From positions 21,523-85,522 of the forward strand of contig JAFUNF010000020.1 of NCBI GenBank assembly GCA_017473085.1: 64,000 nucleotides of DNA. Reading direction: 5' to 3'. Both the position numbers and the translations under genes were made by a program. Under the pieces are notes generated by a model. The model did not search any database and was not told the origin of the DNA. It saw only the letters and a list, made by a program, of their open reading frames with translations. Source of the DNA: Clostridia bacterium. Lineage in GTDB: Bacteria; Bacillota; Clostridia; Oscillospirales; CAG-272. Shown here piece after piece: positions 61,942 through 64,000 of the stretch; the first letter of the stretch is position 1; the number at the start of each line of letters is the position of its first letter.

Positions 61942-62245
61942 TTATTTTATTTACCTTTTAATTTTGGCAGGGTCAACCTATTTAATAAGAGCCATACCCT
62001 TTGCTCTTGTAAAAAAGAATATTACTAATATATACGTAAAATCCTTTTTAAGCTACATTCCTTATGCAGTTTTGGTAGCAATGACTGTGCCCTCTGCCTT
62101 TTATGCAACAGGAAGCCTTGCATCCAGTGTTATTGGGCTTTTTGTGGGGGGAGTGTTTGCTTTTCGTGGCAAAAGCTTAACTGTTGTTGCAGTTATTAGC
62201 TGTGCTACTGCCCTTTTAGTTGACGTAATTTTGAAATTTATTTAA
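61934..62245 (+). CDS. azlD: AzlD-family small membrane protein
   Basis: 103 aa with 3-4 TM segments. It overlaps azlC by 8 nt. Confidence 0.85.
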   Translation: MTDYFIYLLILAGSTYLIRAIPFALVKKNITNIYVKSFLSYIPYAVLVAMTVPSAFYATGSLASSVIGLFVGGVFAFRGKSLTVVAVISCATALLVDVILKFI

Positions 62246-62277
62246 AAAAAAGCACTTCAAACTGAAGTGCTTTTTTT
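62244..62277. terminator. Bidirectional intrinsic terminator
   Basis: aaaaaaaAGCACTTCAaacTGAAGTGCTtttttt. Confidence 0.7.
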
Positions 62278-62278
62278 G

Positions 62279-63466
62279 TTATTTCTTATATTCCTCGGCA
62301 AGTGCCTTGAAGGCTGGGAGTGCGTTTACTATTCTTTGCTTATCTACACAGTAAGCAATTCTTACATAGCCACTTACTCCAAAGTCGTCACAGGGGACTA
62401 CTAAAATTTCCTTTGATTTTGCTCTTTCAAAGAATTTGTATGCATCGTCCTCAAGTGCCTTTACGAAAAGATAGAAGGCACCGTCTGGCTGAACACACTC
62501 GTAGCCGTATTCAGTAAGCGCGTTATATAAAATATCTCTGTTTTCCTTATAAATATTTACGTTTACCTTAGCGCCTATGGTATGCTTGATTACCTGCTGG
62601 AAAAGGCTTGGTGCACATACGTAGCCCAAGGACCTGCCTGCACCACATACAGCTAAATACACCCTTTGGCTATCCTGTGCACGAGGGCTTACTGCAATAT
62701 AGCCTATTCTCTCGCCTGGTAGGGAGAGTGCCTTTGAATAGGAGTAGCAAACTATTGTATTATCGTAATAATTCATAAGGTATGGCACCTTAACATCGTC
62801 AAAAACAAGCTCTCTATATGGCTCGTCAGCGATTAGGTAAATGGGGTTGCCATATTCCCTTTGCTTCTTTTCCAAAGCCTTACAAACTGCCTTTATTGTT
62901 TCCTCATTATAGACAACACCACTTGGGTTGTTAGGGGAGTTAATAATAACTGCTCTTGTTTTTTCGTTTATCTTGCTTTCAAGGTCGTAAACGTCAATTT
63001 GGAAGGTTTTTTCCATTGGTGTGGAGATTACAAGCTTGCCCCCTGCGTTTTCTACAAAAACGCGATACTCTGTAAAGAAGGGTGCGAAAACCACACACTC
63101 ATCCCCCTCATTCAGAAGGGCACGCAAGGAAATTGTCAAGGATGCGGCAGCACCACAGGTCATATAAATGCTATTTTCGCCCAACCCTGCGCCAAATTTA
63201 TCATTTATTTCCTTAGCAATTGCTTGTCTTACTCCTAAGTCCCCCTGTGCAGAGGTATAGCCATGGAGTAAAACAGAGTTTTCATTATTTACAAGGTCAA
63301 TAATTGATTCGCTTATTTCCTTGGGTGGCTCAACGCTTGGATTTCCTATACTAAAGTCAAAAACCTTGTCAGGTCTTATTTCCTTAGCACGTCCCTTACA
63401 GTACTCGAAAATCTCTCTTATAATTGAACGCTTGTTGCCCAAGGCGTACATTTTTTCGTTTAACAT
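62279..63466 (-). CDS. Class I/II pyridoxal-phosphate-dependent aminotransferase (aspartate/aromatic type)
   Basis: 395 aa with ..NPSNPSG.., ..DEPY.. and the PLP-lysine motif YSYSKALSLPGERIGY. Confidence 0.92.
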   Translation of the reverse strand: MLNEKMYALGNKRSIIREIFEYCKGRAKEIRPDKVFDFSIGNPSVEPPKEISESIIDLVNNENSVLLHGYTSAQGDLGVRQAIAKEINDKFGAGLGENSIYMTCGAAASLTISLRALLNEGDECVVFAPFFTEYRVFVENAGGKLVISTPMEKTFQIDVYDLESKINEKTRAVIINSPNNPSGVVYNEETIKAVCKALEKKQREYGNPIYLIADEPYRELVFDDVKVPYLMNYYDNTIVCYSYSKALSLPGERIGYIAVSPRAQDSQRVYLAVCGAGRSLGYVCAPSLFQQVIKHTIGAKVNVNIYKENRDILYNALTEYGYECVQPDGAFYLFVKALEDDAYKFFERAKSKEILVVPCDDFGVSGYVRIAYCVDKQRIVNALPAFKALAEEYKK

Positions 63467-63591
63467 AGTTCACCTAAATTTTCAATTTTTTGTTATTATC
63501 TGCCAGTAAGATTTGTTATTGATTTAATTATAGCATAGGTTATGGATTAAAAACACCCTTTTCTAAAAATTTTTGAGATTTTTTTAAAGCA

Positions 63592-63620
63592 TTGACAAAA
63601 GGTGTGTCCTTTAGTATAAT
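63592..63620 (+). promoter_or_regulatory. Promoter of the last (partial) gene
   Basis: A perfect TTGACA, 17 nt, TATAAT. Confidence 0.6.
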
Positions 63621-63647
63621 TAAAGCAGTATTTTAAGGGGGGATTTT

Positions 63648-64000
63648 ATGAGCTTAGTTTTATGCTCTACGGGGGCGCTTATTGGTAGGCCTAATGGTAG
63701 AAACTTTTATTTGCTTAAGGACGTTGTGCCAAACCTTGAGTGTGACGGATTAGAGTTTATGTTTTATGAAACCTGGCACGACAGGATTGAAGAAATTAAG
63801 TCGGTTGTTAAGTCCCTTCCCTTACCTGTTTTGGTTTTCCATTTAGAAAAGCAAATTGGCGAGCTTTTAAGCTATGAGAGGTTAGACGACTCACTTAAAA
63901 TTATGAGGCTTAATTGTAGCTTAGCTAAGGATTTGGGTGCTAAAAAATTAGTTTTGCATCTTTGGAATGGTATTATTTCGGACAGTAATATTGATTACAA
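63648..64000 (+). CDS. Sugar phosphate isomerase/epimerase-like TIM-barrel protein, N-terminal part (runs off the window end)
   Basis: ATG at 63648 after a GGGGGG RBS, open to the window end. It reads MSLVLCSTGALIGRPNGRNFYLL..ECDGLEFMFYE..AKDLGAKKLVLHLWNG... It is not in the ORF track because no stop lies in the window. Confidence 0.5.
   Translation, partial: MSLVLCSTGALIGRPNGRNFYLLKDVVPNLECDGLEFMFYETWHDRIEEIKSVVKSLPLPVLVFHLEKQIGELLSYERLDDSLKIMRLNCSLAKDLGAKKLVLHLWNGIISDSNIDY

Overview
This looks like a densely coding chromosomal segment of a low-GC Gram-positive, Clostridia-like anaerobe; the taxonomic guess is inferred from gene content, AGGAGG-type RBSs and A+T-rich intergenic DNA. Core content: sbcCD, mntP, DMT and ABC exporters, a GH95 fucosidase-like enzyme, pheST, a livJHMGF branched-chain amino-acid ABC importer, an ECF-S/LarA/HIT operon, the RNase P RNA gene (rnpB), azlCD and an aminotransferase. 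Accessory content: (i) two tandem BspA-like leucine-rich-repeat surface proteins with His/Cys-rich modules. (ii) A cluster of paralogous large lipoproteins, two of which carry a TlpA-like thioredoxin domain. (iii) A visibly more A+T-rich ~3.5 kb islet (37.0-40.5 kb) of small same-strand ORFs, punctuated by a palindromic MITE-like repeat family that supplies stop codons in all three frames, and bracketed by a duplicated 42-bp terminator segment. (iv) The most notable item: a translationally coupled five-gene operon at 48.4-56.6 kb, encoded divergently from a WYL-domain regulator. It encodes a 1340-aa SNF2-like helicase, a MoxR/AAA_5 ATPase, a chimeric HExxH protein made by an old junction-spanning duplication, an HExxH-vWA protein, and a degenerate FtsZ/tubulin-like protein. 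I cannot assign this operon to any named system. Other oddities: 2.75 tandem copies of a 206-bp structured unit fused to the 3' end of rnpB, a promoter-to-terminator candidate sRNA at 60966-61121, and a stand-alone GMP synthase ATP-pyrophosphatase subunit. I recognised no transposase, integrase, CRISPR array, tRNA or rRNA. All function calls rest on motif recognition by eye and memory of protein families; no database search was possible.
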